Below are positions 1 to 8,893 of a stretch of 34,359 nucleotides of DNA, piece by piece. This DNA is from a virus. Lineage: Duplodnaviria; Caudoviricetes. How positions within the stretch are numbered: the first letter of the stretch is position 1; each line of letters opens with the position of its first letter. The translations under genes were made by a program, and so were the position numbers. The stretch spans positions 1 to 34,359 of the IMG/VR virus record IMGVR_UViG_3300009435_000026; one strand, given 5' to 3'. Under the pieces are notes generated by a model. It saw nothing but the letters and a program-made list of their open reading frames with translations. It was not told where the DNA came from and searched no databases.

Positions 1-732
1 TACGACGAAGAAGCACTTGCAAGAATTGAGAAAGCTGTTGGCCCAAGAGACTGGTCAGCACTGTACCAACAGAATCCAGTAGCTGATGACGGTGATTACT
101 TCACCAGAGACATGATCAACTACTACGACCGCGAAGATGTGGACGAAGACCGTATGCGTTACTACTGCGCATGGGATTTGGCTATTGGTAAGAACGATCG
201 AAACGATTACACCGTCGGTATGGTTGTAGGCGTCGATGAGCATGATCAGATATTCATAATGGATATGGTCAGAGGCCGGTTTGATGGATTTGAACTGGTT
301 GAGCAGATCTTAGATATGTACGAGGTCTGGAAGCCTTCGATCATTGGTATCGAGAAAGGGCACATCGAGATGGCTTTAGGGCCGTTCCTCGAGAAGCGTG
401 TTCGTGAGCGCGGATTATACGAAGCGTACTTTAGAGATTTAAAAACTGGCCGCAGGGATAAAGAAGCGCGGGCCAGAGCAATCCAAGGACGAATGCAACA
501 GGGCATGGTGTTCATGCCGAGAGATGAAGAATTTACAGGCCCTCTGGTAGCAGAGTTATTGCGCTTTCCGAATGGGGTACACGACGACCAAGTAGATGCG
601 TTGGCTTGGGTAGGTCTCATGATGACGGAATTCAGCACATTTGTTGAACGCGTTGAGCATGTGCCGACCTGGCGAGACAGATTACCTGGCCTATTCAAGG
701 GCGAAAAAACCAAATCAGCAATGAGCGCATAA
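1..732 (+). CDS. terL: Terminase large subunit, C-terminal nuclease part (5'-truncated by window)
   Basis: Frame is open from base 1 (YDEEALARIEKAVGPRDWSALYQQNP...) into the 112..732 ORF. TerL RNaseH-like motifs: ALYQQNP, AWDLA, DYTVG, IGIEK, FPNGVHDDQVDA. Directly upstream of portal. Confidence 0.93.
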   Translation, partial: YDEEALARIEKAVGPRDWSALYQQNPVADDGDYFTRDMINYYDREDVDEDRMRYYCAWDLAIGKNDRNDYTVGMVVGVDEHDQIFIMDMVRGRFDGFELVEQILDMYEVWKPSIIGIEKGHIEMALGPFLEKRVRERGLYEAYFRDLKTGRRDKEARARAIQGRMQQGMVFMPRDEEFTGPLVAELLRFPNGVHDDQVDALAWVGLMMTEFSTFVERVEHVPTWRDRLPGLFKGEKTKSAMSA

Positions 733-734
733 CA

Positions 735-2837
735 ATGGCTAAGAAAAAGATCGATCCTGCAAAGGAAGAAGAAATTACCCGCACCCAGTGGGCTCGTTAC
801 GAGCGCGCGCGGGACAACGGGCACCTAGACTATGTCGAGATGGCCCTAAAGTGCGACGAGTACTACCGAGGGGACCAGTGGGACTTGGACGATCAGTCTG
901 CTCTTGAGGCAGAAGGGCGTCCCGCGCTTACTATTAATACGATTCTACCTACTGTTAATACCATCCTTGGTGAGCAGTCGACGCGTAGAGCTGACATACA
1001 GTTTAAACCCCGCAGAGGGGGTGATGCTGAAGTGGCACACACCCTGACTAAGTTGTACATGCAGATCGCCGATAACAATAAGCTCGACTGGGTCGAGCAA
1101 CAGGTGTTCAGCGACGGTTTGATTATGGACGGTCGCGGTTATTTCGACGTACGTATGGACTTCAGCGATCACGTTGAAGGCGAAGTTCGGATCACGGCCA
1201 AAGATCCACTAGACATACTTATTGACCCAGATGCTAAAGACTCAGACCCTAAGACTTGGAACGAAGTGTTCGAGTCTAAATGGATGACATTGGATGAGAT
1301 CTCAGAGTTGTACGGAGAGAAGCAGGCTGAGCGCCTATTGTTTGTCGCTGAGAACGGTATGAGTTTCGGCCCTGACTCTGTTGAGTATCAGGAAACCCGC
1401 TTTGGTGATACGGAAACTAACGACGATTACTTCGGCGCAGGAGTTCCTGGTGACGAAGAGTACCGTAATGTAAAAGCCTTACGAGTGATTGAACGCCAGC
1501 ACAAGAAGTTGAGCCGTGCTCAGTTCTTCGTTGACCCTGATACAGGTGACCAGCGACAAGCGCCCGATGAGTGGAGCGACGCTAAGAATAAAAAGTTTGC
1601 TAAGCAGTATAACCTCACCCTTATTAGTAAGGTTGTTAGGAAGATCCGATGGACCGTAACCTGCGACAAAGTTGTGCTGCACGATGATTGGTCTCCGTAC
1701 AACCAGTTCACCCTTATACCATTCTTCTGTTACTTCCGTCGCGGTAATCCCTTCGGTGTTGTACGTAACCTTCTATCCCCGCAGGAGCAGCTGAACAAGA
1801 TTGCGTCTCAAGAGCTGCATATCGTTAATACTACAGCTAATAGTGGTTGGATGGTTGAAGCAGGCTCACTGGTCGGTATGACCGCGGACGACTTAGAAGA
1901 GCATGGCGCAGAGACAGGTCTTGTACTCGAATATGCCCGCGGTACTTCACCCCCTAGTAAGATTCAACCTAACCAGATACCTACTGGCCTTGATCGTATT
2001 GCTATGAAAGCGGCAGCAAACATTAAGACTATATCCGGCGTAAACGACAGCATGTTGGGCACGGACAGCGCGGAAGTATCCGGCATTGCAATCCAGGCCA
2101 AGCAGAACCGTGGCGCGATTATGATCCAAGTACCTTTGGATAATTTACGCAAGTCACGCCAATACCTTGCTGAAAGTATCTTGAACCTCATTCAAGCATT
2201 CTACACAGAGCAACGTGTGATCCAGGTTACTAACGAAGCTGACCCAATGAAGCCTCGTGAAGAGATGATCGTCAACGAGATGACCCCTGAAGGGGCGATT
2301 ATTAACGACCTTACTCTTGGAGAATACGACGTAATTGTAGCCACTGCGCCCGCGAGAGACAGCTTTGACGAGACTCAGTTCGCAGAAGCGCTCAGCTTGA
2401 GACAGGCCGGTGTTGTCATCCCAGACGATGCAATCATTGAGTACAGCCACCTAGCGCGTAAGGGAGAACTTGCTACACGCATCCGTCAGATGACTGGGCA
2501 AGAGCCCCCGACTCCAGAGCAGCAAGAAGCACAGGCACAGCAGCAGCAGATCCAGATGCAGCAGCTACAGCTTGAGATGGCTAAGCAGGATGCCGAAGTT
2601 AAGAAGCTACAGTCTGAAGTTGCCTTGAATATAGCGAAAGCGCAAGACGCTACAGACGTTGATCCTCAAGTACGTATGGCAGAGATACAGGCCAAGCTAG
2701 AAATCAACGAGCGTCAGCTAGAGCTTAGACGCGAACTTGCCAACCTAAATAACACAGCTAAAGAAACACAGTCACAAACCTCTGCGGCAACGAAGTTAGC
2801 CACCGCAGCTTTTAGTAACACCAATAGGAACAAATAG
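735..2837 (+). CDS. Portal protein, P22-like, with Q-rich coiled-coil C-terminal barrel
   Basis: 700 aa; YYRGDQW, GRPALTINTI, PFGVVRNLLSPQEQLNK, ISGVND...SGIAIQAKQ motifs typical of P22/933W-type portals; follows terL. Confidence 0.9.
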   Translation: MAKKKIDPAKEEEITRTQWARYERARDNGHLDYVEMALKCDEYYRGDQWDLDDQSALEAEGRPALTINTILPTVNTILGEQSTRRADIQFKPRRGGDAEVAHTLTKLYMQIADNNKLDWVEQQVFSDGLIMDGRGYFDVRMDFSDHVEGEVRITAKDPLDILIDPDAKDSDPKTWNEVFESKWMTLDEISELYGEKQAERLLFVAENGMSFGPDSVEYQETRFGDTETNDDYFGAGVPGDEEYRNVKALRVIERQHKKLSRAQFFVDPDTGDQRQAPDEWSDAKNKKFAKQYNLTLISKVVRKIRWTVTCDKVVLHDDWSPYNQFTLIPFFCYFRRGNPFGVVRNLLSPQEQLNKIASQELHIVNTTANSGWMVEAGSLVGMTADDLEEHGAETGLVLEYARGTSPPSKIQPNQIPTGLDRIAMKAAANIKTISGVNDSMLGTDSAEVSGIAIQAKQNRGAIMIQVPLDNLRKSRQYLAESILNLIQAFYTEQRVIQVTNEADPMKPREEMIVNEMTPEGAIINDLTLGEYDVIVATAPARDSFDETQFAEALSLRQAGVVIPDDAIIEYSHLARKGELATRIRQMTGQEPPTPEQQEAQAQQQQIQMQQLQLEMAKQDAEVKKLQSEVALNIAKAQDATDVDPQVRMAEIQAKLEINERQLELRRELANLNNTAKETQSQTSAATKLATAAFSNTNRNK

Positions 2838-2847
2838 GAGTTCTTAA

Positions 2848-3861
2848 ATGAGTAAGCAAAACGAAGAAGTAGAAGATAAAGCCCTAGATTTTGACGTAAT
2901 GCCAGGAGCAGATCGTGTTGAAGACGACGATATGCCTAACTTGGACTTGAGTTTTGACACTGTTGCAGAGGAGCCAGAAGTAGTTGAAGAGCCAGCAGAA
3001 GTTATGGCAGAGGATGCAGAAGAGGAAGCCGCCACTGAAGATTCTGAAGAAGCCGTGGCCGAAGACGAAGGGGATGAACCCGAAGCAGAGCTCGACGAAG
3101 AATTAGAAGAGGAAGAGCCTGTAGCCGAAGAACCAAAAGCTAAGAAGAAGCCAATGGTGCCCAAGGCTAGACTTGATGAAGTCCTCGCCAAACAGAAAGC
3201 TCTGCAAAAACAGCTTGATGAAATGAATGCAGCTAATGTCAAAGACGAAGAAGCGCCTGAGACCTACGATTTTGACGCAAAAGAAGTCGAATATCAGAAT
3301 ATGGTACTGGATGGTGAGTCGGCCAAAGCGGTTGCCCTGCGCAGAGAGATCAGAAAGGCGGAACGCGCCGAGCTAGAGTTCGAAATGCGCCAAGAAATGT
3401 CGCAGACAGTCAATCAAGACCGTCAGCAGACTGCCCTTCAGCAAGCGGCAAACGCTATGGAAGAGGCTTACCCTGTTTTTGATCGTAACTCGGATACTTT
3501 TAGCGAAGATATGACTAATGAAGTCGTTGAACTGCGCGATGCTTTCATGATGAAAGGGTATGAAGCTGTAGATGCGCTGTCGAAGGCTGTTCGATATGTT
3601 GTAAAAGACAACGATCTGGGCGAGTCCGGCCAAGAAGCACCCAGTTTGGCCGGAAAAGCTGCAAAAACAGACGAGCTGTCCAAAAAGAGAGCGGCTGTAA
3701 GCCGTAAATTGAAGGCTGCAGATGCTCAACCCCCTGAACTTCCTGGTGAAAGCTCATCGATGCATGGCGAGAAGGCTTTAGATGTAGCTTCCATGACTGA
3801 AGAAGAGTTCAACGCCCTGCCTGAAGCCACTTTAAGACGTCTACGCGGCGATATTATTTAA
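2848..3861 (+). CDS. Capsid scaffolding protein (putative)
   Basis: 337 aa; very acidic N-terminus, VPKARLDEV motif then coiled coil, C-terminal MTEEEFNALPE; lies between portal and capsid; RBS AGGAG. Confidence 0.75.
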   Translation: MSKQNEEVEDKALDFDVMPGADRVEDDDMPNLDLSFDTVAEEPEVVEEPAEVMAEDAEEEAATEDSEEAVAEDEGDEPEAELDEELEEEEPVAEEPKAKKKPMVPKARLDEVLAKQKALQKQLDEMNAANVKDEEAPETYDFDAKEVEYQNMVLDGESAKAVALRREIRKAERAELEFEMRQEMSQTVNQDRQQTALQQAANAMEEAYPVFDRNSDTFSEDMTNEVVELRDAFMMKGYEAVDALSKAVRYVVKDNDLGESGQEAPSLAGKAAKTDELSKKRAAVSRKLKAADAQPPELPGESSSMHGEKALDVASMTEEEFNALPEATLRRLRGDII

Positions 3862-4034
3862 TGGCAACGGACTGCTGGGCATGTGGCGGCGAGCTTATAT
3901 GGGGAGGTGACCATGACCTCGAGGAAGATGACTCCGAAGAGTTCTCCATTATCACGAATCTAAGCTGTCCGAATTGCAACGCCTTCGTTCAGGTCTACCA
4001 CGGCCTGCGCGAGGGGTATACAGAAGAGGGATAA
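3861..4034 (+). CDS. Small zinc-ribbon protein, 57 aa (absent from the ORF track)
   Basis: ATG overlaps the scaffold stop (TAATG). Translates MATDCWACGGELIWGGDHDLEEDDSEEFSIITNLSCPNCNAFVQVYHGLREGYTEEG with two CxxC pairs, and fills the gap up to 4039. Confidence 0.75.
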   Translation: MATDCWACGGELIWGGDHDLEEDDSEEFSIITNLSCPNCNAFVQVYHGLREGYTEEG

Positions 4035-4038
4035 AACT

Positions 4039-4329
4039 ATGGCAGTTAAAAAAGACCCACGATTAGCCCGAGCAGGAGTCTCCGGCTTTAATAAGCCTAA
4101 ACGAACGCCTAGCCACGCTAAAAAATCCCACATTGTTGTAGCAAAAGAGGGCTCTACAATCAAAACAATTCGTTTTGGTGAGCAGGGCGCGTCGACCGCT
4201 GGCCAACCCAAGGCTGGTGAGTCTGAAAAGATGAAGAAGAAGCGCGCGAGCTTCAAAGCACGACACGGAAAGAACATAGCTAAGGGAAAAATGTCGGCGG
4301 CTTACTGGGCTGACAAAGTGAAGTGGTGA
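4039..4329 (+). CDS. Small basic phage protein of unknown function
   Basis: 96 aa, K/R-rich; KTIRFG, RASFKARH and AAYWA segments resemble a family recurrent in aquatic viruses; RBS GAGG. Confidence 0.75.
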   Translation: MAVKKDPRLARAGVSGFNKPKRTPSHAKKSHIVVAKEGSTIKTIRFGEQGASTAGQPKAGESEKMKKKRASFKARHGKNIAKGKMSAAYWADKVKW

Positions 4330-4529
4330 AACAGCTTGTTTTTGCCCTAATAGTGTCTGTGAGCGGAGATATAACGGATACAAAAAGCTATTGGGAGTCT
4401 TTAGAGCGGTGTCGGTGGTTTGCGCAGAAGTTAACTACCCAGGGCAGACCAGTGACGCATGCGACGCCAGTATTCGCGTACTGCGTCCCTGAGTATGTAG
4501 ATAATGAAAAAACGACTATCCATCGATAG
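4323..4529 (+). CDS. Hypothetical small protein, hydrophobic N-terminus, two Cys
   Basis: GTG start overlapping the previous stop; LVFALIVSV segment; ERC...AYCVP pair may form a disulfide. Confidence 0.6.
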   Translation: MVKQLVFALIVSVSGDITDTKSYWESLERCRWFAQKLTTQGRPVTHATPVFAYCVPEYVDNEKTTIHR

Positions 4530-4532
4530 TGG

Positions 4533-4567
4533 TTGCATTATAATATTAGCTGTACTAATATTATGAT
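4533..4567 (+). promoter_or_regulatory. Putative sigma70-like promoter with overlapping palindromic operator (site 1)
   Basis: TTGCAT (4533-4538), 17 nt, TAATAT (4556-4561); alternative -10 TATTAT 4559-4564. Inverted repeat ATAATATTAG-CTGTA-CTAATATTAT at 4540-4564. Confidence 0.65.
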
Positions 4568-4785
4568 ACGTCTATCAGTACGATAACTGGTCGGCCCGTA
4601 GCCGTAAAAAACGTACCCCTTCGCCTGCACAGGCGTGAAACCTGCCGAGGGCGACCCTCGTTAATCAACGCTAAACGTTCTTCTACACGATAGTAGAAAA
4701 ACGGATTAGCCGCTCCTTAAGTCGGCTTGTAAGGCGGCGTGTGCCGCACTAATTATTTGCCCATTTAATTATCAAGGAGCCAATC
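4568..4785 (+). ncRNA. Candidate structured cis-regulatory leader RNA of the major capsid gene
   Basis: ~220 nt ORF-free region with at least six hairpins: CAGT-ACGATA-ACTG (4576-4589), CGCCTG/CAGGCG (4622-4635), CGAGGG/CCCTCG (4646-4660), TTCTAC-ACGATA-GTAGAA (4681-4698), AGCCG/CGGCT (4708-4727), GCGGC/GCCGC (4734-4747); then RBS AAGGAG 4774-4779. Confidence 0.55.
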
Positions 4786-5937
4786 ATGGCTGTAACAAAT
4801 TTCGGTACGCTTACGGGCGACCAACTCCAAACTTGGAGCCGCGACTTCTGGAAAGTAGCTCGCAATCAATCTTTCATCAACCAATTTGCTGGTAGCGGTT
4901 CAAACGCTATGGTTCAGCGCGTAACTGAGTTGACCAAGAACAACAAAGGCACTAAAGCTAACATCACTTTGCTAGCTGACATGACCGGCGACGGTATCAC
5001 TGGTGATTTTACTCTGGAAGGCAACGAAGAAGCCCTCCGCGCGTATGACATCAGCATCGAGCTAGACCAGTTACGTTTCGCTAACCGCATCGCTGGCCGT
5101 ATGACTGACCAGAAGACTGTTGTTAACTTCCGTGAGCAATCTCGTGACGCACTTGCTTATGCAATCGCGGATCGTTGTGACCAGTTGGCATTCTTGACTT
5201 TGTCAGGTGTTGCTTACACTCACAAGAACAACGGTGGCCTTCGTACTGTAGTTGGCGGCGCTGTAAACGGACAAGAGCTTGTTGATCTTGAGTTTGCTTC
5301 TGACGTTTCTGCACCTACTGCTTCACGACACCGTCGTGTTGATGGCGACAACATCGTTGCTGGTGACACTACTGCTTTGGTAGCTGGTGACAAACTCAAG
5401 TACAAGCACATCGTTAACTTGAAAGCCTATGCTAAAGATCAATACATCCGTGGTATTCGTGGTGCTGGTAACCAGGAAACTTATCACATGTTTGTTACTC
5501 CATCACAGATGGCTAACTTGAAGCTAGATGCTGACTTCATCGCTAACGTTCGTAACGCTGGTGTACGTGGTGCTTCTAACAGCTTGTTCGCTGGTTCTTC
5601 TAGCCTGATGGTTGACGGTGTAATGATCCACGAGTTCCGCCATGTGTTTAACACTTCTGGCGCTACTACTGGCGCTTCTGGTAACGCTGGTGCAGCTGGC
5701 TACAAGTGGGGCGCAGACGCTTCTATTGTTGGCGGTCGTGCTTTGTTCTGTGGTGCTCAGGCTCTAGCTCTAGCTGACATCGGACTACCTGAAATGGTTG
5801 AAGATACTTTCGACTATGGCAACCAGTCTGGTATTTCTGTCGGTAAGATCTTCGGATTCCGTAAGCCTAAGTACAACAGTGATATCACTGGTGACGTACA
5901 GGACTTCGGCGTTATCTGCTTAGATACTGCACAGTAA
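4786..5937 (+). CDS. Major capsid protein, N4-gp56/DUF4043-like
   Basis: 383 aa; GDGITGDFTLEGNEEAL, RALFCGAQAL, DYGNQSGISVGKIFGFRKPKY, DFGVI motifs; strong RBS; followed by a terminator. Confidence 0.9.
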   Translation: MAVTNFGTLTGDQLQTWSRDFWKVARNQSFINQFAGSGSNAMVQRVTELTKNNKGTKANITLLADMTGDGITGDFTLEGNEEALRAYDISIELDQLRFANRIAGRMTDQKTVVNFREQSRDALAYAIADRCDQLAFLTLSGVAYTHKNNGGLRTVVGGAVNGQELVDLEFASDVSAPTASRHRRVDGDNIVAGDTTALVAGDKLKYKHIVNLKAYAKDQYIRGIRGAGNQETYHMFVTPSQMANLKLDADFIANVRNAGVRGASNSLFAGSSSLMVDGVMIHEFRHVFNTSGATTGASGNAGAAGYKWGADASIVGGRALFCGAQALALADIGLPEMVEDTFDYGNQSGISVGKIFGFRKPKYNSDITGDVQDFGVICLDTAQ

Positions 5938-5948
5938 GTAAGACAATC

Positions 5949-5978
5949 GCCCCCTTCTTCGGGAGGGGGCTTTCTTTT
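5949..5978 (+). terminator. Rho-independent terminator after the capsid gene
   Basis: GCCCCCTTC-TTCG-GGAGGGGGC stem with C(UUCG)G tetraloop followed by TTTCTTTT. Confidence 0.88.
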
Positions 5979-5993
5979 ATATAGGAACTAATC

Positions 5994-6395
5994 ATGAAGA
6001 TTGTAAGTAGCAAGTCATTACGAGTGACCACGATGGGCGGAACAGCCGTCTTGTTTGAAGCAGGCGTGCCTCGAGAGATGTCTGAAGAAATTGGCCTATT
6101 AGCTATACAGATGGGCGCAAAAGAATACACCACCAAATTTGTTGAAGAGGCTGCAGCTGAAGAAGCAGTGTTCGAAGAAGTAGACAAAGTAATAGATGAA
6201 CTTTTTGTCGCGCCGACAGAAATAAAGCACAACACCGTCCTCGTTACTGCTCTTGAAAGAATGATGGACGAAGGCGACCCAAAGAATTTTAAAGCTGACG
6301 GCTACCCCAAAGCCGCGGCAGTGAACAAGGTTATGGGCGAGACGATCGACACTGACGCCCGAGAAACCGCGTGGGAATCAATACTAAACTCATAG
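5994..6395 (+). CDS. Hypothetical head-associated protein
   Basis: 133 aa ORF with RBS AGGA; C-terminal NFKADGYPKAAAV..RETAW resembles a small HeH-like domain. Confidence 0.7.
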   Translation: MKIVSSKSLRVTTMGGTAVLFEAGVPREMSEEIGLLAIQMGAKEYTTKFVEEAAAEEAVFEEVDKVIDELFVAPTEIKHNTVLVTALERMMDEGDPKNFKADGYPKAAAVNKVMGETIDTDARETAWESILNS

Positions 6396-6405
6396 GTATA
6401 AGATC

Positions 6406-7101
6406 ATGGCAGTAACAGTACAAAGCGTAATAGACAGAGCGCAGACAGTGCTTCAAGACACCACTGGTGTTAGATGGCCTGTTGTTGCAGAGCTCGTTTT
6501 GTGGATCAACGACGCGCAAAGGGAGATAGCCTTATTAAAGCCCGATGCTAGTGCTACTAACGCCACAGTCACACTTGATACTGGGACCAAGCAGGATATT
6601 CCTTCTGGTGGGAACCGCCTGTTGAAAGTTGTACGTAATATGTCTGCGGCGAGTAACGGAAACGGAAAGCGAGCAGTACGTTTAGTTGACCGTGAAGTAC
6701 TTGACGCACAGACACCTGACTGGCATGACCCCACTGTTGCGGGCGATGCTGCTCATACAACGATTGTTAAGCACTACATTTATGATGAGTCCAACCCCCG
6801 CAATTTTTATGTCTATCCAGGCGTAGCTGGCAGTGCGTTTTTAGAAATAATTTACAGTTCGAATCCTGCGACTGTTGCCCAGAATGCTAACTTATCAATA
6901 CCAGATATCTTCGCCAACGCGGTCATGAACTACGTCTTGTACATGGCCTACATGAAAGACGCGGAATATGCAGGTAATGCGCAAAGAGCTAGCAGTCATT
7001 TTCAGATCTTTACTACATCTGTTACTGGTAAGGGGCAGATTGACGCCATTACTAATCCGAATATGGAACGAAGAAATCCAGCACAGCAACGGCAGGGATA
7101 A
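6406..7101 (+). CDS. Head-tail adaptor-like protein (DUF6682-like)
   Basis: 231 aa; LQDTTGVRW..ELVLWINDAQREI, FYVYP, YMAYMKDAEY motifs; podovirus adaptor position. Confidence 0.75.
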   Translation: MAVTVQSVIDRAQTVLQDTTGVRWPVVAELVLWINDAQREIALLKPDASATNATVTLDTGTKQDIPSGGNRLLKVVRNMSAASNGNGKRAVRLVDREVLDAQTPDWHDPTVAGDAAHTTIVKHYIYDESNPRNFYVYPGVAGSAFLEIIYSSNPATVAQNANLSIPDIFANAVMNYVLYMAYMKDAEYAGNAQRASSHFQIFTTSVTGKGQIDAITNPNMERRNPAQQRQG

Positions 7102-7107
7102 TAACGT

Positions 7108-7785
7108 ATGGCGATTTCCTATGAGACGCTACTACCTGAAATACTACCAATGGTTCCAGGCTGCCCTGACTCCCTAATCCAAAACAATATTAGAGCAGCT
7201 GTGGTTGAGCTGTGCGAACGCGCGAGTGTTTATCAGCAAGAGCTAGACCCTTTAACTACGGTAGCTAATATTTATGAGTACGACTTAGAAGCACCCTCGG
7301 GTACTAGTGTCCAAAAGATCCTGTGGGTTACTCATGCAGGCGTTGATTTAGAGCCTATTACTAGTTCCTTGTTGGAGCAGCGTATACCCAAATGGCGTAC
7401 GGAAGCGGGCGTACCTGAATACTTTCTACAGCAAACATCAAGCCTGTTTTCGCTAGCGCCTGTACCGGCAGCTACCGCGGTAAGCAGTACTGTTATAAGA
7501 GCTGTTTTAAAACCGTCACACTCAAGCACTGCATGCGACAACGACGTGATGAACGACTATCGAGACACGATCGTAAATGGCGCACTTTTTAGATTACTAA
7601 GAATTCCAAACAAAGACTGGTCTGACATTCAAGGTGCATCAGTCTATGGACAATTATTTAACCAAGGTGTAGAAGCCGCTGAGCGTAGAGCGCGAAACGC
7701 GGACACCGGAGTACGCAGGAGCGTTAGGTATGGCGGAACAGGCGCATGGCGAACAAGACGCAGACGTTACGGTAACGGCGGTTGA
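7108..7785 (+). CDS. Second adaptor-like virion protein
   Basis: 225 aa; ILPMVPGCP...IRAAVVELC, LAPVP, IVNGALFRLLRIPNKDWSD; tandem with the previous adaptor. Confidence 0.65.
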   Translation: MAISYETLLPEILPMVPGCPDSLIQNNIRAAVVELCERASVYQQELDPLTTVANIYEYDLEAPSGTSVQKILWVTHAGVDLEPITSSLLEQRIPKWRTEAGVPEYFLQQTSSLFSLAPVPAATAVSSTVIRAVLKPSHSSTACDNDVMNDYRDTIVNGALFRLLRIPNKDWSDIQGASVYGQLFNQGVEAAERRARNADTGVRRSVRYGGTGAWRTRRRRYGNGG

Positions 7786-8182
7786 ACCAGTACTTGCCCA
7801 CATACGTGAAGAATGGAATTGGGTAAAACGCGGTATCGAAGAGATTTTAGCTGAGCAACCTCAGCTTACGTTCAGAGCAGAAGATGTTTATGCAGCTTGC
7901 CTGAATGAAGAAGCGCACCTCTGGGTTGCACCCGAGGGATTTGTAATTAGCACCGCAGAGCGGGATGAGTTTACAGGGGCGAGAACGTTCTTTCTCTGGT
8001 TGGCCTGGACAAAGGACCGCGGACAAAGTTGCGCGATTAAGTACATACCTTTTTTCACCAATGTAGCGAAAGAAAGTGGGTTCAAGACCCTTGAAACGCG
8101 AACGCCAGTTACAGCCCTAGAAAGATATTTCTTGGCAGACGGCTGGAGAAAGGAAACAGTGGTTTACACGAGAGAACTGTAA
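7730..8182 (+). CDS. GNAT-fold / T7 gp13-position virion assembly protein (putative)
   Basis: 150 aa; GFVI..TFFLWLAW, AKESGF, GW pattern of phage acetyltransferase-like proteins; sits just before ejection genes. Exact start uncertain. Confidence 0.55.
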   Translation: MAEQAHGEQDADVTVTAVEPVLAHIREEWNWVKRGIEEILAEQPQLTFRAEDVYAACLNEEAHLWVAPEGFVISTAERDEFTGARTFFLWLAWTKDRGQSCAIKYIPFFTNVAKESGFKTLETRTPVTALERYFLADGWRKETVVYTREL

Positions 8183-8880
8183 TGAGCAGCAAACCTAAAA
8201 AATCCGAATATAAACCTTCTGCTGCTGAGAAAGCGTCAGCTGCTGTTGCGTTGGCCGAGAACAAATACTTCAAGCAAAAGTACGACCCTCTTCTCCAGAA
8301 AATGCGCGATACGTCTACAAACGATAATAGCGTTGAGACACTTAGGGGTCGAGCTAACGCGGATACTATGCAGACACTTGCAGGTAAAGCGAGCTATGAC
8401 CGCGCGGCGACTGGAGCAAATGGTGGAGCAGAAGCTCAAGCCTACCAAGCGCAGTTGGGGCTAGCAGATAAAGCGGGGCTCGAAAGAAAAAACAATATGC
8501 AGCTTGGCGTACTAGGTACAGCTAGAGGGCAGGCTGCAGACGCAACCACGGGCATGACTGCAGCGGCAAACATGGGCGCGTCGAGAGTACTGACCCAGGC
8601 GAAAGCGAAGCAAGAAGTTCGTTCAGCGAAATTCGGTGCATTAGCAGAAGCAGGCACTGCTTTTGTTATACAGGGCGCTAAGAATATGAAGTCAGAGGGC
8701 CAGCGTCAAAAGACCGATGCAAACGGTAACAAAATGACCAAGGCAGGCCCTGACGGAAATCAAGTACCAGATATGGAAACGGTAAAGGGCAGCTTTACGT
8801 CTCCAGTCGATGGCGCGGGCAATAAAGTCTCCGGCTTGGGTAATCGACTATCGTACTCAAACGCGTTTAGCACATATTAA
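8182..8880 (+). CDS. Internal virion / ejection protein (putative)
   Basis: 232 aa Ala/Gly/Gln-rich; TAATG coupling; position typical of podovirus ejection genes. Confidence 0.6.
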   Translation: MSSKPKKSEYKPSAAEKASAAVALAENKYFKQKYDPLLQKMRDTSTNDNSVETLRGRANADTMQTLAGKASYDRAATGANGGAEAQAYQAQLGLADKAGLERKNNMQLGVLGTARGQAADATTGMTAAANMGASRVLTQAKAKQEVRSAKFGALAEAGTAFVIQGAKNMKSEGQRQKTDANGNKMTKAGPDGNQVPDMETVKGSFTSPVDGAGNKVSGLGNRLSYSNAFSTY

Positions 8881-8893
8881 GGAGCGCTAAAAA

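Noticed and set aside
246-824. Long minus-strand ORFs (this one, 12504-13163, 15462-16142, 19250-19702 and others)
   Set aside because: Antisense shadows of well-supported + strand genes, with no RBS or protein motifs.
5900-5945. Programmed frameshift or read-through extension of the capsid protein
   Set aside because: No slippery heptamer near the stop; further stop codons and a terminator follow immediately.
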